From assembly GCA_024704765.1 (NCBI GenBank), contig JAKMXF010000343.1:434001-498000 (forward strand): a DNA stretch of 64,000 bases, read 5' to 3'. A program made the position numbers and the translations under genes. This stretch comes from Oopsacas minuta. Its lineage: Eukaryota > Animalia > Porifera. The notes below the pieces were generated by a model that was given only the letters and a program-made list of their open reading frames with translations, was not told where the DNA came from and did not search any database. Shown piece after piece: positions 27,371-39,510 of the stretch (position 1 is the first letter of the stretch; every line of letters begins with the position of its first letter).

Positions 27371-28355
27371 TGCTTGCACCTGTAGTAATACACAGAATGC
27401 ATTGTTTAAGTGTATCCCTCTCTTTCTCTAATCACAGAAAATTAAGAACAATTTACTTTTAATATAATTACGATATATCACTATTGTTATTTGTTATATT
27501 ACATTATTAGATACTGTTTCATAGATCTTACAATTTGAAGAGATTTTAATTAATTAAATGCCACAGTTTATATACTATGTTTCTCTTTCAGTATATCGCA
27601 ATTACTCACTTTCTGAGCCTGATTTCGTGGGAAAATTGAGTATATCCAAGGGTTTGTGAATATGCTGTTAACAGCTTAGCTGTTTCCATCCATGACTGTA
27701 TAACAAATACACTACATAATACAATAAAACTATCGTTATATGTCTTTAATCCAAGCTCGTTAAATACTGAGTTTTTTGTAATAAGATAACAATTGGAATC
27801 TGCTGTATACGAAGCATATTTTGTTCGATCTACACGTAATTCTTCTAGTAATTTAATGTACAAAGACCTTATAATGACTAGAAAATGTAATTACAATACT
27901 GTATGCATTGAAAAGGTCAAATTGGGGATAATTATAATCACTTTTTAAACGCATTTAAGCTATCAATTTCTCTAATAGTTTTACAATTCTTATGTCATTA
28001 ATTACTCTTCAATCATATTGTCTCAGAATATTTGTTCATATCCTTGGAATTGTCAACGTCTAGTTAGAGGAAGTCCAACATACATTTCGTTCTAGGTCAT
28101 TTCCAATAATCAATGGTAAAGCCCTTCTCCAACAACTAAGAGAGCCTCAAAAATACATATATCTGGAAATATATATGGATATAATGCCAAAATGTCAGTA
28201 TCCGGTAATTAGATTTTTGGCTAATTGAATAGAGAATAGGAAAAGTGGATAATATTAAAATTTAATAACTAATAAATGAATAAATATAATTATCACTGGC
28301 AAACTATTAAAAATTGGAGCAAAATATTGTGAAATTTGAATCTAGCATCAACTCA

Positions 28356-29588
28356 TTAGTTTTGATATAAGAATATCTGTATACAGTGATTTGGATTTTG
28401 AGATACAACAATAATCCTTCCTTCGAAATCTAAAGCTATTCCTCTTGGTTTGATAAATTCTCCCATTTCTCTGCCTTCTCTACCTATTCCATGTATAAAA
28501 TCTCCTCCATTTGAGAACACACAAATACAATGAGAGCGATAATCGGAAATGAGAATATTGAATGATCTATCTAAAATGAAGAAATGGGGAAGAGTTACCG
28601 AAGTGCCCTTTCCCCAAGGTATAATCTCTCTAATCAGCTGATGAGAATATGAATAGAATGCTACACAAGGATTACGACAAGACAATACTACAATCTCTCC
28701 AGATGTTAGTACGATATCTCTAGCTCCATAAATATTATCAATACATGAATTAAATGTGAGATTCAAATTCAAACATTGAACTCTATTATTATCAAAGTCA
28801 GCGATATAAATCATGTCCATTGTAGGAGAGACAGCTAATCCCTTTGGCTTATCAAATTTCATTTTTTTCTTTCCTCTACCACCAATAGACTGTATAAGTT
28901 TCCCTTCTGTAGAGTATACATTGAGACGGTTTGAGCTATGCTGTATAACGTATACTACATTCTGTTTAACGCATATGCCAGCTGGTTGATCCATTTTCTC
29001 ACTGAATTCGGATAGGAACACAAAAGATTCGTCAAAAACTTGTACTCGATTGTTGCCTTCATCACCAATGTAAATACATTTGGTTGTAGGATTAATCGCA
29101 ATGCCTTGGGGATAGCAAAACGCACTTGGTGAATATCCTGCTATGCGATGGTTACCGAACGTAATTATAGGTTGTGTTTGTGTGTGTTTCTCTGGATTGA
29201 GTTGTGTGTTATCTGTTATTGATAGTTTAATTTCAAATTTAACATCCCATTCCAATTCTACAGTTTTGTATAAGTAATTTGATTTTTTGATTTTGTTTTC
29301 TAATTCTATAATTCGTGCATCAATGGGACTAGTACATGCTTTTAGTGTTTCATTTTCTTCGTTCCCTCTCAGAGCTGACACCAAATTGTCTTTTGTTATT
29401 GCCAAATTTGTAATCTGTTTTGATATTCCACCTCCTGTGTATTCATCTTCTAATCTCTCTAGTTCAGCTAAGAGATCAGCTTCCTTTTCTTGTAACTCTT
29501 TATGAGTTCTCGTAACCTTATCCTGTATTTCTCTACGCACTCTCACTAACTGGGAGAGGAAATTATCTTCTTGATCAACATTAGCCAT
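28356..29588 (-). CDS. Intact intronless coiled-coil + NHL-repeat (TRIM-NHL-like, no RING) protein
   Basis: ORF 28356-29624, likely start MANVDQ at 29588; coiled coil then NHL blades (FCYPQGIAINP..DEGNNRVQVF, FDKPKGLAVS..ADFDNNRVQ, FIKPRGIALD). Confidence 0.85.
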   Translation of the reverse strand: MANVDQEDNFLSQLVRVRREIQDKVTRTHKELQEKEADLLAELERLEDEYTGGGISKQITNLAITKDNLVSALRGNEENETLKACTSPIDARIIELENKIKKSNYLYKTVELEWDVKFEIKLSITDNTQLNPEKHTQTQPIITFGNHRIAGYSPSAFCYPQGIAINPTTKCIYIGDEGNNRVQVFDESFVFLSEFSEKMDQPAGICVKQNVVYVIQHSSNRLNVYSTEGKLIQSIGGRGKKKMKFDKPKGLAVSPTMDMIYIADFDNNRVQCLNLNLTFNSCIDNIYGARDIVLTSGEIVVLSCRNPCVAFYSYSHQLIREIIPWGKGTSVTLPHFFILDRSFNILISDYRSHCICVFSNGGDFIHGIGREGREMGEFIKPRGIALDFEGRIIVVSQNPNHCIQIFLYQN

Positions 29589-30834
29589 AATGACCTTGAG
29601 AGTGAAACAGTACAATAATCTCACAAAAGAATGGCTTATATTTTGCAGTTAATCTGCTAGTGAGATTGGTAATTTCAATACTGGTGGAACATACCATATT
29701 TCACTAAATAGCCCTGGGGGCCAGAGAAGGCTCCAAAATTTGTAAATAAAATTTGCTAACACCCTATAGAATAAATATTTTGATGAACTTTACGCCTCAG
29801 TTGACAATGCAGCAATTAGGATAAGTTAGGTTCTAAAATCATTGGTATTTTCTAAAGTTGCGAAAAAATCGACACGAAAAGAATAATTCCGGGAAATATG
29901 GTATTCCCTGATTATAGAAAGTTTTATTTATGTGTATTGGGTTTTACGTAGTAAAATCTCGCCAGCAGTGTTCCCTTTAAGCATTCCGCTGGGTATCCTC
30001 CTGATTTGTTGGTCTTTTTAGACCTAACCCCCCCCAGAAATTTAACATATTGAGTGCCTTCCCAGAGAGTTAGACTATTGGGTATGTAATGTATATTAAA
30101 GTGATTTATGGAAAGTCACATACACCTGTATATAGTGATTTACCTTTATTCGCTGCAGGAGTGATGAATGTGACAAGATTCAACCGTTTTGTACTACAGT
30201 AATCAAATCTAATTTACTGTATTATTCCCTAATGCTTTATACCTGTATTTTATTATTCCCAATTTCAAATAGAGTAGTACATATTCCTCTCGTAATATGA
30301 TCTAATTATTCCATATGACCATATCCCATATCCCATATCCCATAATTTATGCGTATAAACAGAGATCAAGATAAACCGAATTTGTTTATATTATCTTTAT
30401 GGACGGTGTCAGTATGCAACTTATAAAAATCTCAAATCACCGTATGTACCGACTTAGATTTTACCACAAGACCGCGAGCATAAACATCAGTAGAAATGAA
30501 CTCCATACGTTTACACATAAATTTACTGAAACTTGGAAGCAATTGACCTGTACGTATTCAAACAATTATAGTCTCACAGCTTTTAATCTATACTTCATAC
30601 TTTATATCCTATTACAATAAATAATATGTATAAATAGGATCAATGATTTGGGAGTGATTGAATTTATTATATAATTTCTATTCGATAGATTTATATGCAG
30701 TAGAACCTCTATAAGTTGGGGAGGTTGGGCCGGCGAATTTTCTGAGAACCCCCCCTTACCCATTTATAATTTCAAATGTAAATGTCCCTAATCAGAGATC
30801 TTTGAGTCAATATGTATAGCCACTTCCCCCAACC

Positions 30835-32390
30835 GGATACCGACAATTCGCACCTAATTTGATTGGCCTACTGTATCCACTTGCCCAGCCTCAACAGATG
30901 CTCCTGGACTTTGAGAAGGGCCCGATTACCAGCTTTGAGCATGTCTGGCCTAACACAGTAGTGAAGTGCTGCTTCTTCCACCTCACACAGAATATCTGGC
31001 GACATGTGCAGTCTGTAGGGCTGCAGTCTGCCTACACACATGACGAAGAGTTGGCTATGTGCATCCGGAGGATACCAGCCCTTGCTTTTGCCCGACCAGC
31101 AGACGTACACGATCTGTTTGATCAAGTGGCAATGGACCTCCCCCTTACGTCTGAGATAGGCGAACTAGTCGACTACTTTGAGAGGACGTATATCGGTCGC
31201 ACGCTAGCCAGTGGATACCATGTAGCGGCGACGTTCCCCATCGACCTGTGGAACTACCACCTCAGCACGCCCTTCGGGCTCCCCGTACAACCAACGCCGT
31301 GGAGGCATGGCACCACAGCTTCAATGCCACTGTCGGCTGCCATCACCCCACCATATGGAAGTTCCTCCTAGCCCTCAAGCGTGAGCAGGGCCTAGTGGAG
31401 GTGCGGCATACTAACTACCTCGTTGGCAAGCCACCAACCAAGCGAAGGCGGTCCCAACAGAGTGAGGAAGCGTTGAAGACTCTATTTCATGAATATTATT
31501 CTCAAGATCGTTCTAAAATGGAGTTCTTGCAGGGTGTAGCACATCATTTCAGTCTGGGAGCCGATTAACATGTTAATCTAAAGGATTATCCAGCCCTCAA
31601 ATACATTGATTAGAGATAATCCTTTAGATTAACATGTTAATCGGCTCCCAGACTGAAATGATGTGCTACACCCTGCAAGAACTCCATTTTAGAACGATCT
31701 TGAGAATAATATTCATGAAATAGAGTCTTCAACGCTTCCTCACTCTGTTGGGACCGCCTTCGCTTGGTTGGTGGCTTGCCAACGAGGTAGTTAGTATGCC
31801 GCACCTCCACTAGGCCCTGCTCACGCTTGAGGGCTAGGAGGAACTTCCATATGGTGGGGTGATGGCAGCCGACAGTGGCATTGAAGCTGTGGTGCCATGC
31901 CTCCACGGCGTTGGTTGTACGGGGAGCCCGAAGGGCGTGCTGAGGTGGTAGTTCCACAGGTCGATGGGGAACGTCGCCGCTACATGGTATCCACTGGCTA
32001 GCGTGCGACCGATATACGTCCTCTCAAAGTAGTCGACTAGTTCGCCTATCTCAGACGTAAGGGGGAGGTCCATTGCCACTTGATCAAACAGATCGTGTAC
32101 GTCTGCTGGTCGGGCAAAAGCAAGGGCTGGTATCCTCCGGATGCACATAGCCAACTCTTCGTCATGTGTGTAGGCAGACTGCAGCCCTACAGACTGCACA
32201 TGTCGCCAGATATTCTGTGTGAGGTGGAAGAAGCAGCACTTCACTACTGTGTTAGGCCAGACATGCTCAAAGCTGGTAATCGGTCGGGCCCTTCTCAAAG
32301 TCCAGGAGCATCTGTTGAGGCTGGGCAAGTGGATACAGTAGGCCAATCAAATTAGGTGCGAATTGTCGTGGTGCGAATTGTCGGTATTCC
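30835..32390. mobile_element. Palindromic non-autonomous Mutator-like (MULE) derivative
   Basis: Arms 30835-31590 and 31615-32390 are reverse complements around a 24-nt spacer. Each carries a C-terminal MULE transposase fragment (DFE, CCFFHLTQNIWR, RTTNAVEAWH). Ends GGATACCGACAATTCGCACC / GGTGCGAATTGTCGGTATTCC; flanks CCCCCAACC / CCTCCAACG (9-bp TSD-like, 7/9); GC content visibly above the flanks. Confidence 0.9.
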
Positions 32391-32729
32391 CCTCCAACGA
32401 CTGTTTCTAACGATATTTGATCACTAAGGTTGTTGGTTGAATGTACAAATTATTGGTTGAATCTTCTTAGAAACCCAAAAATTTCAATTCATGATAACGA
32501 TAAATACGTGTTTTATCCAAATTTAGCACAAAATTTGATTTTTTCAAGAAAACGAATTTCCCACTTGTAGAGGTAAACCTCAATGGCGTGAGGCATGTTT
32601 CCTCTAAAGTATCCCCCACTCCCCGCTCATAGAGGTTCCCCATTTATAGAGACCCCGCTTATATTTTGTGTACAGTTGAAATCGGGGTTTTTGTCCATTT
32701 CTTTACACGAGAATGAAGACAATATAAGG

Positions 32730-32902
32730 CATTGGTTCTCAACCGGTGTGACGCGGCACACTTGTGTGCCTCAAAACTTTGTTAGGTTGTGTCACCAAAA
32801 TGTTACCTGCATTAAACAAATCTGTTTTAACGCTTTCAGGGCTCATTTCCTAAGGCCTCTGGAGATGAAATGCCGCAGTTCGAAAAAGGTTGAGAAACAC
32901 TG
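32730..32902. mobile_element. hAT (Charlie-like) MITE, 173 bp
   Basis: TIRs CATTGGTTCTCAACC / GGTTGAGAAACACTG; exact 8-bp TSD ATATAAGG. Confidence 0.8.
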
Positions 32903-34113
32903 ATATAAGGTATTTGCTAACAAAATACTATTTTTACAATTTATACGTTCTTTTTGAGGACAAAATGATCCGATTTCAACTGTATTTGTTTCAGCTATAA
33001 TGCCTATACATATCATAATAACTTTCCACAGTAACGAAACCAGATTTAACATCCTAATGTTAACAATAAACAGTTTTATGTGATTCGAATACGTCACTAA
33101 TTGTTTATATGTTTAACAGAAATTATCGGAAAATAATGCAAGTCTGCTAACGGTCTGGGTTTAAAATGGGACTTCCCTGATTCACGAATGGATAAGTTTT
33201 CTTGACGAAATTTTAATTTGTCGTTTGTTGAAAGTCCGCCTAGAAACATTCCCTCTGTAATTTTCAATCTCCTTTTCTTGGCTAGAGGGAGGTATTTATG
33301 GTGCCGAAAGGTGGTCCATGAATGCTCGCAATTAGAAAAATGAAAAGTCATTCATGAGGTATTACTTGATATTTTATAGGTTTCGCTACGAATTTAAGAA
33401 AATTGATTACCGTGAAAAGTAAAAAGAAATACTTAACAACTGTCATGAAACAATATTCTGTGATTTACGTGCAAGGCTAAATGTGCAACAAACAACAAAT
33501 TTGAAATGTCTTCAAATAAAGTTGTCCGTTCCGTTGCCTGAATTACCCCCGAGTATTTGTGCTTTGCCTGTTTAATTTATGGAGCTATTTTCAGTGGAAT
33601 TGTATAAATCACAACCTTATTGGAAAGAGGTAATATACGTATATTAAGGGGAGATTACACATTTTGTCGAGAAATTTAAAAGCTTATTAGAATTAGTCTA
33701 GCCTAACAAATCGGGGTATTCAGCATTTTGCCACATTTTAAATATTCGAGTGTCAGGCAGGACATGACACTCAAAGCATTTCCGAAGAAGTAGGGCGTTC
33801 TGTCCAATCGTGATAGAAGTTAAGTTTGTGACTTCACGTTGATATTATTACGTATCGTGCTTGGTATTCAAACCTGGTCCTGTGTGGAAAAACTGAACCT
33901 GGAAAGGCTGATTGTTGGCATATAGGGGCATTTGGGGGCTGGATTGGACAAGATCAAGTCTTACCGATATATTTATTTAAATTTAAGTCATTTAACACAA
34001 TTCCCGGGATTTACCTAGACTTGTAATGTCGAGGGTGACAATACATCTAGCAAGCGACGCAGAACTAAGTGAATAATTATAATAGGTTATATACTAGCAT
34101 AGTCAAAATTCTC

Positions 34114-35046
34114 ATGAAAATTAATTTGTCACGAAGATATATCTACATCATTCTCATACTACTTGTTATTGAACATTTGGTACTATACAATTCTAACCCT
34201 CCAGATTACAGACCTGTAAACTGTGATGTTTTGAAAGCAACCCAACACATACAGATAGCAAAAACAACAATAAATTTAGCCACAACCACCAAATCACCAC
34301 ATCCAGAAATGTTTTTGTTCATAATTATATTAACAGCTCCAAGCAATTTTGGAACAAGACAAGTCATAAGAACCACATGGCTCAAAGATGTAGTCAAAAA
34401 CCCTAACATCAAATACAAATTTTTCGCTGGGACCAAGAACTTTTCACCAAGAAAGAAAGATTATCTTTCCAGAGAAACAAAACGAACTAAAGATATCGTT
34501 ATATTTGAAGACTTTGAGGAACATTACACAAGATTGACATATAAAATGTTAAGAATTATGAAATGGGTACAGCAAAATACAAATGCTCAATATTATTTGA
34601 AAGTTGATGATGATAGCTATTTAGTAGTTGAAAGGTTGATTAATATATTATTGAAGGAAGATTTACCAAAGAATAAATTTGCTATGGGGAGAGTCCATAA
34701 GAGGCCACTCAATGTTGCTAAAACTGGTAAATGGGCAGATGTTAATTGGATCTTATGTGAAGAGTATTTATCTTACCCAGTGGGTGCTGGTTATCTCCTC
34801 ACACAAGATCTAATGAAGTTTATCGCAATTAACAGCTATAGACTGGGTTTCCATATTAATGAAGATACAGCTATTGGAGCTTGGCTGGGGGGATTGAATT
34901 ACACATTACTGAATGATAATAGAATAATACCATATGGTGGTGAGGGGTGTGACAATAAAGTATTTATTCTACATAAACAGTCCCGAGTTTATTTACAACG
35001 AAGATACAAAATGTGGATAGCTAAAGGAACTGTTTGTACTGAATAG
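34114..35046 (+). CDS. B3GALT6: GT31 beta-1,3-galactosyltransferase, B3GALT6-like, intronless
   Basis: Type II membrane anchor; ILTAPSNFGTRQVIRTTW, YYLKVDDD (DxD), GKWADVNWILCEEYLSYPVGAGY, EDTAIGAWL and GCDNKVFILHKQS follow the B3GALT6 motif pattern. Orthology not tested. Confidence 0.8.
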   Translation: MKINLSRRYIYIILILLVIEHLVLYNSNPPDYRPVNCDVLKATQHIQIAKTTINLATTTKSPHPEMFLFIIILTAPSNFGTRQVIRTTWLKDVVKNPNIKYKFFAGTKNFSPRKKDYLSRETKRTKDIVIFEDFEEHYTRLTYKMLRIMKWVQQNTNAQYYLKVDDDSYLVVERLINILLKEDLPKNKFAMGRVHKRPLNVAKTGKWADVNWILCEEYLSYPVGAGYLLTQDLMKFIAINSYRLGFHINEDTAIGAWLGGLNYTLLNDNRIIPYGGEGCDNKVFILHKQSRVYLQRRYKMWIAKGTVCTE

Positions 35047-35324
35047 TGGTGTATTTTTACAAAATTTTCCATTTATGTAAATATAGGGCTAGTATTCGAG
35101 GTAATTCAGTATTTTCTTCTTCTCAACTGTTTTTGAAAAGATCAACTAGAATATCTAATTCCTTCTCAAGGTTATGACGTAATGATTAACAAATTTGAAA
35201 ACATTAATAAATTGGTCAATCCTGTAACCAGGATTGTGGCCATGTTTTCCAAGATTTTCCAAAAAATGAAAATTGGAAAATTTTTAGCTCAAATTCTCAA
35301 ACATTTTGTGAAATCTTAACAAAT

Positions 35325-35384
35325 ATATGACATATGACATATGACATATGATATATGACATATGGTTTATGGTTTATGGTTTAG
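35325..35384. repeat. Compound heptamer microsatellite (ATATGAC)n-(TTATGGT)n
   Basis: Read directly from the sequence. Confidence 0.8.
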
Positions 35385-35424
35385 TTAATCTGAACAGAAA
35401 AGTGACAAAATTTGTTATTTCTCT

Positions 35425-35597
35425 AGGTTAGAAAATGAGCGCGATCGGCAGCTATGACAGTCTACTCTCGTTAGTAATACAAAATCCGTTTAATAAGTAT
35501 ATTTTAACGTTTCTTTTGGTGTGTTATTAACTAGAGTCTACTTAGTAACCGCACTTTAACTAGATTATTATAATGGCCTCAGAGCCCCAAGAAGTAA
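35425..35597 (+). repeat. 173-bp direct duplicate of the AKR upstream region and first 8 codons
   Basis: Matches 37520-37692 with about 3 substitutions; includes ATG 35573 encoding MASEPQEV. Confidence 0.9.
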
Positions 35598-35937
35598 ACG
35601 AACGTAATTACGTATTTCGTGAAATGAAACACTTCAGAATTAATTGACTTTTGCATTCTCGCCAGTCCTGGCCACAGGATGAATAATCTCCATCTCGCTC
35701 AACACCTGATATACATAGCCGAAAGAGGCTGTAAGGTTGGTCAGGTTTGAACAAAACAAACTTCCTACTGTTAGTTACTACAGTTAGTATCAGACCAATT
35801 CAACACTAATAGTTTTCAACCATATTTTGACAAGGGAATTAATAACTCCTGAATCAACTGACAGAATACACACATAATAATTATAGGCATTTGATAATTT
35901 AACTGAAGCATAGCAATGATTGAAGTTAATTAGTTAA

Positions 35938-36702
35938 TTAGAACAGTCCATCTGTGCTCAGATACCCTGGAATAGCAGTAGCAGGGAAGGTGAAGATGTG
36001 ACGAATAATCAACCTTAGAAGATCTGGATCATTGGTTGGTAACTGGCCTTGTGCTCCTGTTAACAATCCCCTCCCAAGTTCTCTGTTATAGCATTCGAGA
36101 TGCCGTATACCGAAACCATAAGGATCTCTGAATGTGGGGGAAATCGATCCGCAGAGAACGAGAGTTGGGGTATGGGGGCAGAAATCGAAAGTAAAATAGT
36201 TGTAAATAAGATCAACTCCGGGGGTAACTTGAACTCCCTCCTCTCCTCCATAGACACCATATAGCAACTGGTTATCAAGAAATAATACTTGATAACCTCC
36301 TTCGATCCCCACGAAGCATCGACTGCCTTCTCTTCCATTCAATGCCCATTGGTTGTGTGTGATTGTCAATTTTACATGAGCATTTGCAGGATAGAGAATT
36401 GCATTTTCAAACCGTCTACGTCCTTGGATAATAGCGGAATTTGAGAAATCCAAACCAAACACTCGATTGAAATATTTTATCGCATCATTCGTCGTTTTTT
36501 CAATTTCTGCATCATTAAATTTTAGAATTTCTTTGAAATACACCATTTCTGGGTCGAAAAAATCAGTTTCTTCTGCGCTAACTATTTCATCGATTGTGAC
36601 ACTTAGTGTAACGTTAAACCACCCTGCTGGACAACGATTAGAATATGCAACTGCAAATAATACAAATAGCACTATGAAATAATCCCAAATCTTCATATTC
36701 AT
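35938..36702 (-). CDS. Uncharacterised secreted protein, 254 aa, intronless
   Basis: Intact ORF with signal peptide (IWDYFIVLFVLFAVAYS) and a globular Cys-containing mature region; no domain recognised. Confidence 0.75.
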   Translation of the reverse strand: MNMKIWDYFIVLFVLFAVAYSNRCPAGWFNVTLSVTIDEIVSAEETDFFDPEMVYFKEILKFNDAEIEKTTNDAIKYFNRVFGLDFSNSAIIQGRRRFENAILYPANAHVKLTITHNQWALNGREGSRCFVGIEGGYQVLFLDNQLLYGVYGGEEGVQVTPGVDLIYNYFTFDFCPHTPTLVLCGSISPTFRDPYGFGIRHLECYNRELGRGLLTGAQGQLPTNDPDLLRLIIRHIFTFPATAIPGYLSTDGLF

Positions 36703-37667
36703 GGCATTTGAAATTTACTTGGCTGGATACAATGAAGTTATACATTGGTTATACATTGGCAGTTTGGCACACTGTATTATAGGGAATTCAACCGTAAAAT
36801 GAAGTAATTCTCAGCCATAGCTAATTGATTATCTTTCTACAGCTCATCATATTTTCATTAAATATTGGCCATCACTCTTTATGCTAAGAATAAAATAACA
36901 TACGAGTACAGTAGATTTAGATATTATTGGGTACATAAATAAGGTGTCTAATATACGCATATACTGCTTGTAGACAATGTCATAGAGATAATTACATAAT
37001 TATTAATTAGCATAGATTGAGGTTAGACTCAATGTCATCCAAAGTTTAGCCTATTACAATCTTGATGACTATTCTTTATACCCGAAATCGCCTAAATAGT
37101 GCAAAATATCGGAAGCTAAAAGTGTATAGTTTGTATTAATTGATTATTTTATCACAATGAATCGTAATAATTTCCCATTCCAATGCTCTTGATACTTAAT
37201 ACTTCTTAGTTTGCGGCAAAACAAGGTAAATCGTGCGGATATCTAGGTCATTATAGAATATAAATTTTTGTACATTGTTATTAATAAAAGCAAGTAGAAG
37301 GTGAATCGCATATAGAAATTTTTGATGAACATATTTAGCCTAAAACTTGATGACCTCCTCTTTTGATTCATCAAAAATTGATGAACTTCTCAACAACAAT
37401 AACTCACGTATGTTAATTAGTGTATCAGATATCTGGTATAAATGAAGCTCTATTATGTATTAACCTTCCTGAATGATAATTCTTTAATAACCTATCTTAT
37501 ATTTCCTAGGCCTCTGATCAGGTTAGAAAATGAGCGCGATCGGCAGCTATGACAGTCTACTCTCGTTAATAATACAAAATCCGTATAATAAGTATATTTT
37601 AACGTTTCTTTTGGTGTGTTATTAACTAGAGTCTGCTTAGTAACCGCACTTTAACTAGATTATTATA

Positions 37668-39306
37668 ATGGCCTCAGAGCCCCAAGAAGTAACCGCATCT
37701 CCGTTAGTTAAGCTAAACAACGGACTCACTATTCCTCAGCTAGGATTGGGAACATTTCTATCAGACAAAGGTCTGGTGGGTGAAGCTGTGAAGCAAGCTA
37801 TTAAGATGGGTAAGGAATTTATCGTTTACATAATTTATTCAGTTCATATTTGTCCCATTATTACGTTTATTGAATATTGGAGTTTTCGGGGGACTTCACA
37901 TGTTAGTAATGAGGAATCTCGTGGAATTTAGCACTTTTCGGATGGATATAATACTCTCAAAATATGTTTGGAGGATCGAGGCAATGATATCCGCACAGAA
38001 CCAACTCATTTTAATTAACAGAGCTTATAAATTAAAGGAGCTAAGCTTTCTATAGCCAGTGGTGTATTTATGGAAATAGTTTTTCACGGATTATGGATTT
38101 TTCTAAAAAATTTCAGTTATCTGAAGTCGATGTTACGCAATATGATAGCCTTTCCCGTATTTCATGCAAATATAATACCCTAAATATGTGTACAGTCAAT
38201 TTCCATTTATCGAAGCTCAAAGGACCGCTATAATTGCTTTGATATAACTGACGGAAATAATCTTACTTTTACGGTTTTGGCCATATTTGTAAATGATACT
38301 TGATATAAGCGGGTATTTCGTTATATCCGTGTACGATTTAACGGGAGCTGTCTGTATCTTGTTTTTTGTTATGTAATGTGGCATTGTTGTTGTTTGACTA
38401 AATTTTACACAATATCGCACTTCCTTACAAAACGTACGTTTAGGATATCGACACATTGACTGTGCTTGGGTGTACATGAACGAAGAGGAAGTAGGATCAG
38501 GAATAGATTGGGCTATTAACGAAGGAATTTGTAAGAGAGAGGATCTATTCATAACAACCAAACTAAGCGGTAGTCACTATAACGAGATTAAATGGGCATT
38601 AAATGACAGTCTGAAGAAACTGAGACTAGACTACGTAGATCTCTATTTGATTCATTTACCATTCGAAATGAAGAATGACCCCACAATTAAATCACTTGCT
38701 GACCTAAAGAAAGAACACTGTATCGGTTATAACGCCGAGAAAATGAGTAAAGTATGGAGTGAGTTGGAACAACTGGTTAGTGAAGGGCTAATACGAAGTA
38801 TCGGTGTATCTAACTTTACAATTAAAAAACTCGAGGCAATTCTAAAGACAGCAAAACTAATACCAGTCGTTAATCAAGTGGAGATACAGGCTTATTTCCA
38901 GCAGAATAAGCTCAGAAGTTATTGCAAGAGTAAAGGTATACTCATACAGGCTTTCAATACATTAGGAAATCCTGGACTTTTCAAAGGCAAGTTAGATGTG
39001 GAGCCACTCCTTGACAACGCAGAAGTGAAACAGGTATGTGAAAAACATAGAGCAACACCTGCACAAGTATGTATAGCATTTGGCCTTGCGATAGGGGATA
39101 TTCTGATACCTAAATCGGTTACTGAATCTCGTTTGAGAGAGAACTTTAAATCGATTAACCTAAAGCTAGATGAAGATGATGTGAAGAGACTGAAATCTTT
39201 AGACAAAAATCTCAGATTATATACCATGAAGGCATTCTGTGATCCAGCAGGTATCCCGTATGAAGAATTCTTTGATGTCGAGTTCGATTCTTCATACCAG
39301 ATTTAG
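37668..39306 (+). CDS. Aldo-keto reductase (AKR1-like), 2 exons, 334 aa
   Basis: Exons 37668-37809 and 38444-39306, phase consistent; LGLGT, GYRHIDCAWVY, LFITTK, DLYLIH (D-Y-K-H tetrad), SIGVSNF, NQVE, IPKS. Confidence 0.92.
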
Positions 39307-39510
39307 ATTCCGTTGCTAGAGTATTCGAGTAGCTTTTATAACAATATTATATACAAAAATTCATTTTCGAATTTGTTAGTATCCTAATATTGGTATGCTT
39401 ATTTAGTAAATTTAGTTACATTATTACTCCTTAGTATAAATCAAGTATACTCAATATGAACTCAATAGCCAACACGACTTATACTAAGGTTGAGCACAGG
39501 TATGGAATCT

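Noticed and set aside
27600-28150. Degenerate coding-like minus-strand region, including an 85-aa ORF
   Set aside because: Multiple stops and no assignable homology.
32843-33351. Two short minus-strand ORFs upstream of the GT31 gene
   Set aside because: Could be exons of a small gene, but I could not build a consistent spliced model or recognise a domain.
33940-33985. AAGATCAAGT motif resembling U2 snRNA
   Set aside because: The branch-point recognition sequence GTAGTA and the 5' stem are absent.
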